Part shown: in pieces, positions 1 to 13,885 of the stretch
Layout: every line of letters starts with the position of its first letter
Numbering within the stretch: position 1 is the first letter of the stretch
From: Camelus ferus
Lineage: Eukaryota
Direction: 5' to 3'
DNA length: 60,000 nucleotides
NCBI RefSeq assembly: GCF_009834535.1
Contig: NC_045696.1
Coordinates: 113,400,001-113,460,000 of the forward strand
Notes under the pieces: model-generated
The model's database searches: none
The model's input: only the letters and a program-made list of their open reading frames with translations
Told to the model about the DNA's origin: nothing
Position numbers and translations under genes: made by a program

Positions 1-960
1 GGCTCAGTGTTTTGTTTTTTCCCCAGGAATTGCAAGTTTGTCCTGCAACAAATATTCACCAGCACCTACGATGTGCCAGGTGTCAGTTCTAGGTGCCGGA
101 GGTACAGCAGAAAGCAAACACCACAAAAACCCCTCACAATGCTTCCTACGCTGGTGGGAGGAAGGAGCAAGGCAGGGGGCAGAGAGATGAGGCTTCCGAG
201 AAAAGGGGCCCAGGGATAAAGGGCCTGGAAGCGCAGCCAAAAAAGTCTGGCTTATGTTGAGAACACGGGGATACCACGGATTTTAAGAAGAGTTGAGGTA
301 TGTGACATTTACACCATACCACTCTGTTCCAGAGCAAATTTTCCTTTGTTTCTTCCATAAAAATCCCCTGTCATTTTTCAAGGCTAGCACAGTCCCCTTC
401 CTATATCTGACACAGGAGCATACAAACAGGAAGTACAAAAGAACCTCAAAATATTCCCTAGGCACAAAAATCCTAATGACGTTGGAGCAACTGGTTACCC
501 ATTCAGAAGAGAACACAGACAGAGCCTTGTATGACACGTAAGTGAAAATAAAGTTCAAGTGAATAAAAGATTTCAATAGAAAAATAAAATAAAAACACTA
601 GAAGAAAATATAGCAGAATATTTTATGATCTTGGAGGGGAAGGACATTTTTAAACATGACACAAAATATTCACAGATTTGACTACCAGTTAAAATTTTAA
701 GCATCTAAGGAGGCAAAAGTAACCATACACAAAATTTCAGATCACAACTAGGAAAACATACACAAAGCAACAGCAAAGTGGCAATACATATAAAACTCTC
801 ACAAATCAACATGAAAAAGATTTAACATCACACTCCAACAAAATAAGGGCCCAGGGTATGAACAAATATTTCTCAGTAAAAGACATACAAAGCAATGTTA
901 TTAAAGATAAAAAAAAGATGTTTCACCTTTAAAAATGGAACCTAAAGTTGCATTACCATT

Positions 961-3220
961 TTTATTTATTTCTTTTTTCCCCAGCTTTATTGAGATATAC
1001 CTAACATATAACACTGGGTAAGTTTAAAGTGTACCATGTGATGATTTAATACACACACACACATATATATATATCAGATGTTTACCACAATAAGGTTAGT
1101 TAACACATCCTTCACCTCACATAATTACCATGTTGTTGCTGTTGTTATGGTGAGAAGATTAAAGCTCTACTCTCACAGCACCTTTCAAGCATGTGATACA
1201 ACATTGTTAGCTACAGTCACCATGCTGTACATTAGATCCCTGGAACTCACTCATCTCATAACTAAAAGCTTACCCGTTTCACCAACACCTTCCCATTTCC
1301 CCCACCCTCAGCCCTTAGCAACCACCACTCTACTCTTTGTTTCTACGAAATCAGTGTTTTTAAATTTCACATATAAGTAAGATCACACAGCACTTGTCAT
1401 TCTCTGTCTGACTTATTTCACTTAGCATAATGCACTCAAGACAGGATTTCCCTCTTTTTATAGCTGAATACTATTCCATTTTATATATTTTTACACATAT
1501 ATATATCTCACATTTTCTTTATCCATTCATCCATCGAGGGATAGATAGGCTGTCTCCACGGTTTGTATTCTTTAGCTCCAGAATTTCTGTTTGGTTCTTC
1601 TTCGTGCTTTCTGTCTCTTGTTGAACTTCTCGTTTTGTTCTTGTATTGTTTTCCTGACTTTGTTAAATTGCTTACCTATGTTTTCTTTTAGCCTTCTGGG
1701 AATCTTTAGACAATTATTTTGAATTCCTTGTCACGCAAATCATGTGTCTACCTTTCTTTGGGGTCAGTTACTGGAAGTTATGGAACACAGTTACTGTACC
1801 CCTTTGGTGAATCATGTTTCCCTGATTTGTCGTGATCCCTGGACCCTTGTGTAGGTGTTTGTGCATCTGAAGAAGTATCACCTCTTCTAGACTTTGTGAG
1901 CTGACTTTGGTAAGAAAAGACCTTCACCTGCAGTTGGGGGAGGGGGGTGTTGGCATGTGCTGTGGCCCTGGGTCTAGCGGTCAGGGTGCCAAGTGTAGCG
2001 GCGTGTGGCAGCTCCAGGTCCGGGGCCTGCTGTCTCAGGCTCGGTGCTGGGGTCCACAGCATCGACAACCGCGTGGTCCTCAGAAACTGCTATGGGCGGT
2101 CTGCAGTGGCTGCAAGGGCTGCTGGGGTCCTCGGTGGCACTTCCAGGTGCAGAGGCCAGGACCAGGGTAGGCAGAGCCAGGGCTGTGCACACACTAGGCT
2201 CTACGAGCCAGCTACAGGTGCCTGTGTAGTGGCGGAGACACACATGAAGGGGTGAGGGCAGGACCAGCAGCAAGGTCCAGGGCCAACTGCAGGCACACTG
2301 TCAATTACAGGGGCCCTGGCTGGCTGCCGGCTGCAGGTGAGCCCAGTGGCTCAGATCAGTGACTGGAAACAGGGCCAAATCCAGGCCCACAGCAACTGTG
2401 GGGGCCTTGGCTTTCCGTGTGCACGTCCATGGCTGCAGGAACACACCATGGGCACACACACGGCATACGGGCTGGTGACGGGAGTCAGGCCAGCAGCATA
2501 CAGGTACACAGCTGAAGACGCAAGCCCCACGTGTGCACACAGCAGTAAGGTCAGCCCCGGGGTCTAGGCTGGAGTCTTGCACTTGGGCTGCCCCAGGGCC
2601 ATCAGCAGATCCAGGCTCCAGTGGCAGTGGGGAGGCAAGGAAGGGGCAGTGGAAGACATCAAGCAGCTGGAGGGAGAAAACCAGTGAAATCATCAGGGGC
2701 CGATGGGGACTGTGCCAGCCACTGGTTCCCTTAGCGTCAAAGCTTCTGGTGTCCTCTGCAGACCAGGGCCCTGGGAACCTCAGTGGCTCCCACGGTGTGA
2801 CTGATACTGGTGGCCTCTGCCTTTCTTCCTTGTTCCCAGCCGTCTCTCTCTGTTTTGCCCGGTTCTGAATAGGGTGAAACTAAAGTGGGTCCACTTTCCC
2901 AAAAGACTGGGGAAGCTCGTGGCTTACCAGCTTTCCCCCTCCTGGCAAGGGAACCTCTTCTTGGGTGGGGAGTTCCCTCTGGGTGCTGAGCAGTGCCAGC
3001 CTGGGGGATGGACAGGATGATGCTGGCAAAATGAAGCCGTTCCTCCCTCCCTTTTTGTGCAGTTTTTCCTGGGTTTTTTGTTCCACTGTGATGCTGGAGT
3101 TTCTTAAATGGACTCCTGATCTCTCCCAGAGCTATTTTTGTTGGTAGACAGCTATCTAATTGTCAGCCTTTTGTGGGAAGAAGAGGCTGGGGTCCCGACT
3201 TCACCATCTTGATGACGTCC
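961..3220 (-). mobile_element. Internally deleted L1 (5'UTR and ORF1 start fused to 3' end), L1MA-like
   Basis: L1 3' end at 961-1550; ORF1/5'UTR-like sequence to 3220 beginning GGACGTCATCAAGATGG (YY1-type start); degenerate TSD 949-962 / 3221-3234. Confidence 0.65.
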
Positions 3221-4779
3221 TGCATCGCCTTTTTTTAGTAATCACATTCACAGGCCTTTATCACTTCTTTCACTTCATATAATAAACTAAGGGCTCTAGA
3301 TTTTTTTTTTCATGAATTACTACCAAACAGGGTTTTCTTCATTCTATGCTGGTGTAATTGCTCTTTTGAAGCTAAATTCCAAGGACTACATTTATTTCTA
3401 TTACACTCAAGTTTCAAAATGATCTTAACAGGTCTGAATTCTGGGCTGAAATTAACAATCAAAATTTCCTCTCTGTCATGCCAGCTCTCAATTCCGGGTT
3501 ATATTTTTTTCCCAAGTCATTTTTCTTAAAGATGAACATCTCAGGAACAAAGGCAGAAGGCAGATGCAGTCAGATCAAAGAAGGAACCTCCAGCACAATT
3601 CATGCATGAGAAGGGGCTTCTATCAAGGTGGGAGCAGCCCCAGGAGAGGCTGGCTCATGCTCGGAGGTGGCCAAAAAAAAGTGAGAAAGTTGGGAGTTGG
3701 AGGGGGCGACTGAGCACATGCCTGGTGAGGTGAAGAGATAAGGCAGCCAGGTGGTTCACCACACACTACCTGTGCCAAGCAGAGTGCGACAGAGGGATGG
3801 ATGCTTGGATGGAAGAGGCCACACAGTGCCTGGGGTAGCTAGAGAGACCCGGAAGTGACGTGGCTGCTCACCACTGGGCACTAGCATCGCAGCAGCACCC
3901 CGTCTTACCTCTCGGTTAAAGGCAATGTGACATATAAAAAAGGAAATCGCAAATACTCAGATGAGTACAGAAGGAATAATATTCTAATACACATAGGAAG
4001 CGAGCATCAGGAAAAAGAGGTACTAAATCCCACAAACAGAAGTAACACATAAGGAAACAAAGTTAATGGAACAAACAGAAACACTAAAAGAAGCACTGAG
4101 GGAAGAACCAAGCAGAGCTCTTGGAAAAACATAAAAGTAAACAGCACAATGGATACAGCTGAGGAGCAGTGAATAAATCAAGAAATTCTCTCAGAACGCA
4201 GCCCAAATTTTCTGAGAGATCAAAAATATGAAATGGAAGTCACAGTGCTATTTCTGCTGTATTCTACTGGTAAGAAACGAATCACAGGTTAGTTATTGAG
4301 CCCAGAGTCAAGGGGAGGAGACCACACAGAACGGGAGGTGTGGTCCACTGGGGGCACCACTGCAATGTCCACCCTTCCACACCGCCATTACTCTGCACGT
4401 ACCTCTGTTATCACCTCCCATGTGATGATATAATGTGTTTACTTGTCAGCCTCCCCCCTAGACTCTAAACCCCATGGGAGCAAGAACTAGCTCACTCATC
4501 TTCCACATCCACAAGGGTTGGCTCAGGGTCTAGCACACAGCAGGTGCTTGCTAAATGTTTGCGGAATTAAATTATTCCTGTTGCAATTATCCAGAGTGGA
4601 CAGAGTCAGGGTACCTGGCTCTAAAGATAGTTCTGGACCATCTGGGGTTTACCTCTAAAAAAATTAAATTGATTGTTTTCAATGTAAGGATAACCTCCAG
4701 AAAAACGGAGGTCATACATCTAACTTCCAAGATATTAGGGGGAAGGGGAACAAGGAAAACATAATTCAACAGAAGTCTT

Positions 4780-7650
4780 TTACATACCCAAACTGAGAAA
4801 TCTACAAATAAAGTAAATAGAACATAATTAACAATATGCCAGATTTAAGTACCAAAACCATCAGAATTGAACTAAAAATGCAAAAAAGAGATTTCTGTAA
4901 TCAACAATTTGTGTGCAAACACATGTGGCACATTTACAAAAACTACCTATCAGGCTACAAAGAAAACCTCAAAAACTCCAAAAAGCAACAATCATGCAGA
5001 TCTTATCACAACACCATTTAAAATTCACAAAACAAAAAAATAGGTAGTCCCTTCCTCCTCCTCCAGTTAAAAACTCGATCCACATATATATGAAAACTCT
5101 TACAAAATGCCTGAGTAAAAGAAGAAATAAAATAGAAAGTATAAACCTAAATAGAACACCAACCACAAAAGAAAACCAAATGTCTGCCCTGAAATTGCGT
5201 CAGGTCTGTATGATTTTATAGGTGGGTTCTGTCAAACCTTGAGGGTTATAATTTCTATGTTATACTAGTCCGAACCACAGATGAAGATGAAAAATTTTTA
5301 ACAAATATTATGAAGCTAGCATAACACTGATATCAAAACCAGTAAAAGAATATACAAGGAAAGAAAACATAGGCCAATCTCACGTATGAACATACATGCA
5401 GAATGTATACATATCAGAATATTTAAATAATGAAAAAAATATGACTGATTCCACAAATTCAATGTGAGATCACATTTTTTAAATCTATTATACACTGAAT
5501 TACATTAACAATTCAAAGAAGGAAACACATATAAACATTTCAATAGATGACAGGAAAGTAGGAGATAAAAATTAATACCTATTTCTTAAAAGAAAGAAAG
5601 ACAGACAGACAGACTCAGCAATTTAGAACAGAAAGAAACATCAAACACCAAAGCAAAGATTATACTTAATGGTGAAAATCGAAGCCTTCCCACTCGGATC
5701 AGGTCAACGTCTAATATCACTGCTCTATTTAAAGACTATACTAGAAGATTCGGCCAATTCAATAAGAAAAGTAAAAGAAGAAAAGCTCTGTGGTAGTATA
5801 ACTGTGTAACATGAAAAAAACCAGAACTAACTGACGAAGTTGCAACAAGGTAGCTGGATACAAGATACAAAAATCCATAGCACTACTACAGATCAGTAAT
5901 AATCCATAGGCGGAGAAAAAGAGAAACACCGCATTTACAACAGCAATGAAAACTATCATCACTGTAAATAAACAAGAAATATATAATATCTATATAAAGA
6001 AACCTATAAAATTTACTGAATTTATTGTATGAAAGCAGTCCTCATATAGCTCCCCAAAATAACTTACAAAGTCAAAGAAATCTAAATGAAAACACCCAAA
6101 AGATGTTCACAAAAGACACAATGATTCTAAAATCTGTAAGAAAATGTCCGAGAATACACAATTTTGAAAAAGACCACCAAAAGAGGATCTGCCACACTAA
6201 CTGTCAAATATATATTATAAAACTTTTGGTAAATTTTTTAAAATGGGGCATTGGAGCAGAAATAGACAAACAGATCAATGGTATAAAAAGAGAAAAACCC
6301 TAAAGATACCTACATGTGTAACAGGGATTTAGTATATGATTTTTTAAATGTGGTATATAAAATTAGTAGCAAAAAGCTGAATATGCAATATATAATTCTG
6401 AGAACAAATGACTATCAATTTGGAAAAAAAAAAAAGATTGGATTTCCTGCCATTCACAAAAATATATTCCAAGTGGATTGAAGATTTAAAGTTTAAAAAA
6501 ATGAAAAAGAAAAATCTAGAGTGTGTTTACAACCTTGATTTCAAAAAGTCTCTTTTAAACAAGATTTTTAGGTAAATTAAATCTGGAATGCTAAGTGAAA
6601 TAAGTCAGACAGAGAAAGCCAAATATCCTATGACCTCACTTATATGTAGAATTTTAAAAACAAAACAAACACAAGAAAAATAACACATAAAAACAAGCTC
6701 ACTGATCCGGAGAACAGATCGGTGGTTGCCAGAGCAGAGGTGGGGGGGTTACGGGGTGGGTGAAATGAGTGAAGAGGGTAAAAAGGTACAAACTTCCAGT
6801 TATAAAATAAATAAGTCACAGGGGTGACATGTACAGCATGGTGACTACAGTTAATAATATGATATCATGTATTTGAAAATTGCTGAGAGTAGATCTTAAA
6901 AGTCTTCGTCACAAGAAAAAAAAATGTTGAAACAATATATGACAACAGATGTTAGCCAGAACTACTGTGATCATTTGACCATATATCCAAATATTGAATC
7001 ACTAGGTTGCACACCTGAAACTCATATAATGTCATGTGTCAATTATACCTCAATAATAATATAAAATATGAAAAGTAAATATTCATAAATTTGACAACAA
7101 ATTCTAAATTTCTATACCACAAAAACATCATAATTGAGGTTAAAAAGAGACAGATTATAGAAACTGCAATGTTTCTAACAAAGGAGCAATATCAAGAATA
7201 TTCTATAGATAAACAACACAAACAACCTAACAGGAAAACGATAAATGAATAAACAATTCATAGAAGCAGAAAAACATATAAGCAATAAACACACGAAAAG
7301 GCACTGAATTACTAGTAATCGGTAAAATGCAAATTAAATAACAATGGAAAACCATTTGAGGCCCATTTGATTAGTAAAATTTGAAAAGTTTTATCATATC
7401 AAATGTCAGAGAAGATGAGGCAAAACTCACCACTCTAAAGAAATTACAGGCTTTTGGTGAGGCCGTTTTGCAAAATGCGCTGACATGTGAGCTGCGCTCA
7501 TCTTCTGGTCCAGCAATTCCATGGCTCAGTACCTACAGCAGAGGAGCGGTAGCCTGGGTCCATGAGACAGCGGGGATGAGGGCCATCCTCAGAGCACTGT
7601 TTGTGATGGAGGAAACACTGGATGTTACTCCCCTGTTGCCTCCTCTAATG
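4780..7650 (+). mobile_element. Old fragmented L1 ORF2 sequence, interrupted by a younger L1 3' end
   Basis: A-rich sequence with decayed ORF2 motifs (e.g. gcaaggtagctggatacaagat, aatgcaaattaaa). Confidence 0.65.
6588..7066 (+). mobile_element. L1 3' end (L1MA-like)
   Basis: atgctaagtgaaataagtcagacagagaaag...gtcaattatacctcaataa; same type as 961-1550. Confidence 0.8.
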
Positions 7651-7863
7651 GAAGCAATGGGGGCAATAGTTCTGTAGTGAAAGAAGGTAGGGAGAGAGGG
7701 AGGGAGGGAGGTTTTTTTTTAATATGAGGTTGAGTTAAGAGTATAAAGCAATTTTCAGAATGTATATAAAGTGCGATACCGTATTCGTAAAAGCAAAAGC
7801 TATACATTTCTATACGTCCATATATTATGTAAACGCATTTTAAAAGTGCTATAAAAGACACAC

Positions 7864-8198
7864 CATATATAATGGAATACTACTCAGCCATAAGAAAGAA
7901 GGAAATCCTGCCATTTTTTACAATATGGGTGGAGCTTGAGGGCATTAAGCAAGACAGAGAAAGACAAATACTGCATGGTCTCGCTAGTATGTGGAATTTT
8001 AAAAAAGGTTGCCAGGGACTGGGGGATGGAGTAAATAGGGAGAGGTTGGTAAAAGGATACAAACTTTCAGGTATAAGATGAATAAGGTCTGCAAATCTAA
8101 CATGGAAAATGGTGGCTACAGTTGATAACTGTATTGAATAACTGAAAATTACTGAGAGTAGAACTTAAATGTTCCTACCCCCCAAAAAAAAAAAAAAG
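7864..8198 (+). mobile_element. L1 3' fragment
   Basis: MEYYSAIRKKEILPF ORF2 C-terminal motif followed by 3'UTR and an A-run. Confidence 0.8.
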
Positions 8199-8348
8199 AA
8201 GGGGGAGTTGAAAAAAGTGAATAACTTTCTCGCCCTCTGATTCAAAGTTATTTTATGTTGGGTTGATATACCACCTAAAATTTATCTTCTGTACCACCAG
8301 TGGAACATGTCCTTAAGTAAAGAAATTTTAGGTTATGATCAATAGTGG

Positions 8349-8382
8349 ATAGACAGATAGACAGACAGACAGACAGATAGAG
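8349..8382 (+). repeat. (AGAT/AGAC)n microsatellite
   Basis: atagacagatagacagacagacagacagatagag. Confidence 0.85.
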
Positions 8383-11183
8383 ACACTAAACCAGTAACAG
8401 CCATCACCTCCAGGGCAATGGTCAAGAGTAATTTTCGCTTTATCTGATGGAATATATTACTTTGAGAATATATTCTTCTATAGCTTGTGTAAGTAAGAAA
8501 AAAACCTTTTTAAAATTAAAACTAACAAATAAAAACATTCTAAGGACAAGGACAGAGATCTATGACACACTGCCAGAAACTTTCCTATAAACTGACACAA
8601 AAGCATTTTTCACAAGATGAGCCCTGCTTTGAGCCAGATACCTCACCATGCTTTTAGTCCTCATACTTTCTCAGGAAGATTCTGGAATCACGGACTGGTA
8701 GAAGGCCATCCAGGTAGGAAAAGAGCCTTTCATCATGTGCCAGGTGCTGTTCTAGGACCCTTTCATGAATCATTGACTCTAACGGCACAACAGATCTAAG
8801 AGACAGGCATCATTTTTTACGTTTCACATGTGAGAAAATGAAACCCAGAAAGGTGCAGTAACTTGTACAAAATCAGAGTTTTTAAGTGGCCCGTCGGGGA
8901 TTATTCAAACCTGGCTCTTTGATTTCCAAAGCTTGTTCCATTCCTCCCGTGGAATAGGCCACTCCCTGCCCCATCACTGCAACAAAGACCTTTAGGTAAA
9001 CTGCCCCCAGGCCAATACTGTAACCTGGGTAGAGAGAACCAGATGCAGCTGCATGGACCAATGATGTGCCTCCCCTGTGCCCCTCAAGGAAGGACTTGCT
9101 GCCCAGCTGCCGGAGGTGCCCAGAGCTGCAGCAGAGGGTCAGGGAGGAGGACACAGAGGAGCATAGGCTTTGGTCACCAGTTTGCCTCTGCAGAACAGAG
9201 TCCAGGGTGGAGTTTAGAGCATCTCTGGGATCGACAGCAGCAGAAGGGATCATGCAGAGGGGAATGTTGAGCCCAAGAGGCAGACCCAACAGCGGCCTCG
9301 TCAACTCCACAGTGAGCTCTGGGGCCAAGCCAGCCCCTCAGAGCCATCCCACGTGCAGCTAACATGGCCAGCCCTCATGTCTCACCTCCATCCATCACTG
9401 GATGTGGGCCACCAGGGAAGGGCATGACCTTAAGCTGAGGCAATCCATGAAGGGGACGAAGGCTGCAGGCTGCCTGCCAACAGCACCTGGGGCAACAGTT
9501 CCTTCCCTGAAGGGCATCTGGGTGGTGCATCACAGGGGACATAACAGACTGAAAGACAAGTTTTGATTGAAAGGCTACATAGGGCACAGTTAGATCTCAG
9601 GATCTTCCCCCTCCCTGACCCCTGCAGGGGAAGAATGTTCTACCCTCTGGAGAAATGCCCCAGAGAGGATGAGACTCTGGAAGACCAGGAACAGGGGGAG
9701 GTGGGGGGAGGTGCTGGGGTAGCCGTGGAGGGTGTGGTGAAATTCTGCAACCTGACTGATGAGAGCTCCTCCCAAGCACCCGTTCCCACACCAACTTCCA
9801 GAACCCTCAAAGCCAAGGACAAAAGCTTGCAACACAAGGGTAGAAAGAGCCTTCTCAGGAGAAACCGAACAGCTCCAGAGACATGTCTCAACATGTCCCA
9901 GTGGAAAAGCCAGCTCACCCCCAGTCACCCTACAGCGGGTGCCAGCAGGGAACAAGCCTGCCCCAGCACACAGGCCCCCCTGCCAGTGTTCAGTGCCTCA
10001 CCCTTCTTTCTAACAGATCCTTGGCTCAGCAGTACCTAACATTTAAAGGACGCCTTGAACACAGAGAACACAGCAAAGACATAGAAAAAGAAACTGGAAG
10101 AAACTGAGCTCTGCAGGACATTGAAAAAGCAACTTGTAGAAAAGGAAACTTAAAAATGATACACACAGAGTCAGCAGAGGCACTGTCACGTCCATAAACC
10201 AAAAGTAGGCTGCTATTTTTAGAAAGGAACAAAGAACAGGAAAGAGAAAGAGCCCTTGGAAACTCAAACTATGACAGTCGAAACTGAAAATGTGATGGGA
10301 GGGTTAGAAAAGTCAACTAGGGAGATCGCCCGGGTGATAAATAAGCCAAGGAGAGGAAATAAAATAAGCAAAAAGGAAAGAAAGGAGTAAATGAATCAGA
10401 GGCTGAATCTGTGAGGTTCTCTATCCAAATATGTAGAATTCTGGAAATAAAGACAAGGGGAAAAAAATGAGAGAAAGAAATATAAAAATAAGTAAAAGAA
10501 AACTTATAGAACTGGAGCATGTGAATCTTTTGACCGAAAACAGCTATTTATAACCCAGCCCAATAAATGACAAAAGATACCCCCATAATACATCACTGTG
10601 GAATTTCAGAACACCAGGAATGAGGACGAGATGATAAAAGCTTCCAGAGAGACATGGAGGAAAATCAAGGCAGAGGAAGCCACAGAATCCAGGAAACAGG
10701 ACCCAGCAGAGAAGAGAGGAGGGAAACTGGTAGGACAAAAGGAAGTCCAAGGAGGACAGAGTCCAGGCTTGAGCGGGAAGGTGGTGGCCTCCAGGAGGGA
10801 GGTCTGGGATTAAGTGCGCTGTCTGCTGAAGGTTGTGAGGCCCATCAGCAAGAGGTACAAAGAAAACTCAGCAAGATACATGGATGCAATTAACAAAGCT
10901 GGAAGAACTAAAAAGAAAGGAACTGTACTCTTGGCGCAGTACTTGGTTTAGCAGTAAACAACATGTACAGGTAAACAATATTTACATAGGCATAGTCACG
11001 TAAACACTGATGTTACTGGAACCAGAAATGTTGTCTAGACTGTCAGAAGAGGGAAACAGAGGAAAGATGGGATGGGATAGGACTCATCAGCTCCCAGAGC
11101 TAAATGCTCATCCACCCTAAAAGGAAATCAGTAAATCAATAAGGTAATGACTAAAACTGATTAATCAAGAGACAAATGGAGCA

Positions 11184-11321
11184 GGGAAGGGTATAGCTCA
11201 ATGGTAGAGCATGTGCTTAACATGTACGAGGTCCTGGGTTCAATCCTCAGTACCATTGTTAAATAAATAAACCTAATTACCTCCCCCACCAAAAAAAATA
11301 AAAATAAATAATTTTTTTTAT
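11184..11321 (+). mobile_element. tRNA-derived SINE (camelid type)
   Basis: A box tagctcaatgg, B box ggttcaatcc, aaacctaattac tail; flanking repeat AAGAGACAAA at 11167-11176 / 11322-11331. Confidence 0.9.
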
Positions 11322-12511
11322 AAGAGACAAACAAATCAAGACAGGATATAGGAACATGAACACAGCATCAGGGCGTTGGATAAGACAGGGAATCGTTATT
11401 TAAGCCTTTGGTCCTATTTGATTTCCTTAACTTTGGTAATAAAGTAATTTTAATTTTTAATAATGAACAGAAAAAGAACGAGTTCTTTATAAGGAAAAAA
11501 GGCACCACTACCCCAGTTCAACCCAAAAGAGCCTGGAAGGTAGCATCAAGGCAACCCAATTATAAACAGCTCGTCTTCTGGACTGGTTGCAACATTGCCA
11601 CCTTCCCTTTAAAACAAGCCCAGCCTCAGATTAATGGCTGTGCTGGCACAGACTTGTATTCACGTGGCTCCTTCAGGTTCAAAGTCATTAATGACACGGT
11701 CTATTGCACTTGAATCCATACGTCTCATTTCTCACAATTATTTAGCTTGCCTTCTCAGGGCCAAAGTTTGCTCTCTGGCTCTGCATGTACTTGTACACAT
11801 TTACTTCCACCCTGCAAAGAAGAGGAAAAGAAGCAATGTATCAGCCAGTGAGAAATCTATCTAAATCACACTTTGATTCACAGGAAGACAACAGGCTGGA
11901 GTGGGCAAGTTAGCGTCTATTTCTGCGCTCCACTTTCAGAAGGAATCGCAGGGACTAGCCCATACATGTGCATACACAAGGAGAACTGACACCAGAGACA
12001 GAATTGTAAAAGGCCAGATTCAAGACAAAGCCAGAGGTTAGTGTACGTACCAGGCACCCCCCAGGGCCCAGCTCACACTGCTCAGCCTCACCTTCATTTC
12101 AGATCCTTGTGGGATTTTACCCATTTCACACAGAGGGTGTCTGGCCTCAAGAAAGCTCTGGGGCTCCAACATTCCAAACCCCAGAGGCATCATCAAGCAC
12201 TCACACAGGGCAGTTATCAACCCCACACAAGGCTCAACTGATTGGGGAGAGAAGCTGATGGGTAAATAGTCTTCCATTCATCCCTTGGTAGATCATTCTG
12301 AGAGATATTTGAAACTCTGGTCAGAATGCTCTAGGCAGCACCATGTCCCAGTGGCTCTCACTGTTGACCTCATTAATGCACCTTTTCCTTCTTCCCTTGC
12401 TCACCTCTGCCCCTCACCTCTGTTCCTTGGCAGTACCTGCCAAATGAACTACCTGCATCAAGTCTTTGAGTCAGGCTAAGCCTTAGAAATTACACAAGCT
12501 AAGAACAAAGA

Positions 12512-12617
12512 AGATTAAATGTCCCAGTTTGCCTGGGATTGAGGGATTTCCCAGATTATGGAACTTTTAGTGCTAAAACTGGGGAAATCCCTGGCAAACT
12601 AGGATGAATTCACACTA
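12512..12617. mobile_element. MER94-like hAT MITE
   Basis: tcccagtttgcctgggattgagggatttccc...agtgctaaaactgggga...ggcaaactaggatga; imperfect palindrome. Confidence 0.65.
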
Positions 12618-13885
12618 ATAAGACAGTGAAAAGGAAGAGACACCAGAGAAGAAATTGAAAACAGGAAAGAGGTGAAGAGGAGGGGACAATATATATGCTA
12701 TAAGCTTCACTACACCAAGAAATATCTACCATGCTATAGTTGGCTTCTTCACCCCCACTGTTTTTAAACATTGTGTGGATGGAGATGGTAGCCAACTTAA
12801 TAAGACAAGAAATAATACAAAATGCATACACAGTGGAAATAAAGAAGCAATGATAGAAAATCTAGAAGAAAAGACTCCAGAAAGCAACCTAGAAAAACCC
12901 AAACACAGCAACTAAAAAAACTATGAAAATAATAGAATTCAGTAATTTAAATAAACAACATATTTTTAAAAGTCTTATATACCAGCAATGAGCAATTAGA
13001 AATTGTAATTTTAAAGAATTCCACTCACTGTAGCAACAAAAATTATTAAATGTCTAAGAATATACTTGAAAAGAAATGCCCAAGACTTACATGAATAAAA
13101 CTATAAAAATTTACTCCAGAATTTAAGTTAGTCTGAATAAAGGGAAATACTTTCCACACCCCTGGATGTGAAAGCTCATTCTTGTAAAGACATCATTTCC
13201 TTTCCAAATCAATCCATAAATTCTCAATGCAAATATATCCAAAATCCTAATATGATTCTTTAATGACATTTGACAAACTGATTATAAATATCCTCTGGAT
13301 GAGAAAAAATTACTTAGGGTCAGTAGAAAAAGGAATGATTATTCTAACTTTTAATGAAAAAATAAATAAAAACTAATATATGTATGTATATGCATAACTG
13401 GGACATTGTGCTGTACACCAGAAATTGATGCATTGTAACTGACTGTACTTCAATTAAAAAATAAGTGATTTTTAAAAATACATATATAGGTACACTTACA
13501 TAAATATAAGCAAATAAAGCTAAAAATTTTTTAAACACATACAAAAAAAGAAAGGAACAATTATTCAAGATATATTTTAGGGACAATTGGATACTCATTC
13601 AGAAAACATTTCAATTGGATACAAATACTTATTGAAGATCTAGTGATAAGCATCAAAAAAGAAACATTTCCTGTTCTCATAGAACTAATAGGTGAGAAAA
13701 CAGACATTAAATCAAAGAATCATACCGGTGAATAAAAATTACTACCGTGGCAAGAGCTACCAAAAAGTGCTACTTTCTGTTATGAGGACTCAAAAGAGTA
13801 GAAATAGGTTTAGGAGGAAATGTGGGCTTTGAAAAGATCAAGTCTGACTGCAAGGTAGAAAAATGGATTGTTTAAAAGGCAGTAG

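Noticed and set aside
1778..3147. Dense overlapping ORFs of 60-130 aa on both strands
   Set aside because: They lie in a GC-rich L1 5'UTR-like segment, show no recognisable protein motif, and are expected where stop codons are scarce
8882..10039. ORFs of 121-158 aa
   Set aside because: No recognisable domain or exon structure; overlap LTR-like and old LINE sequence
11184..11260. tRNA-like sequences here and at 31346 and 57394 as tRNA genes
   Set aside because: They carry SINE tails and TSDs, so they are SINE heads
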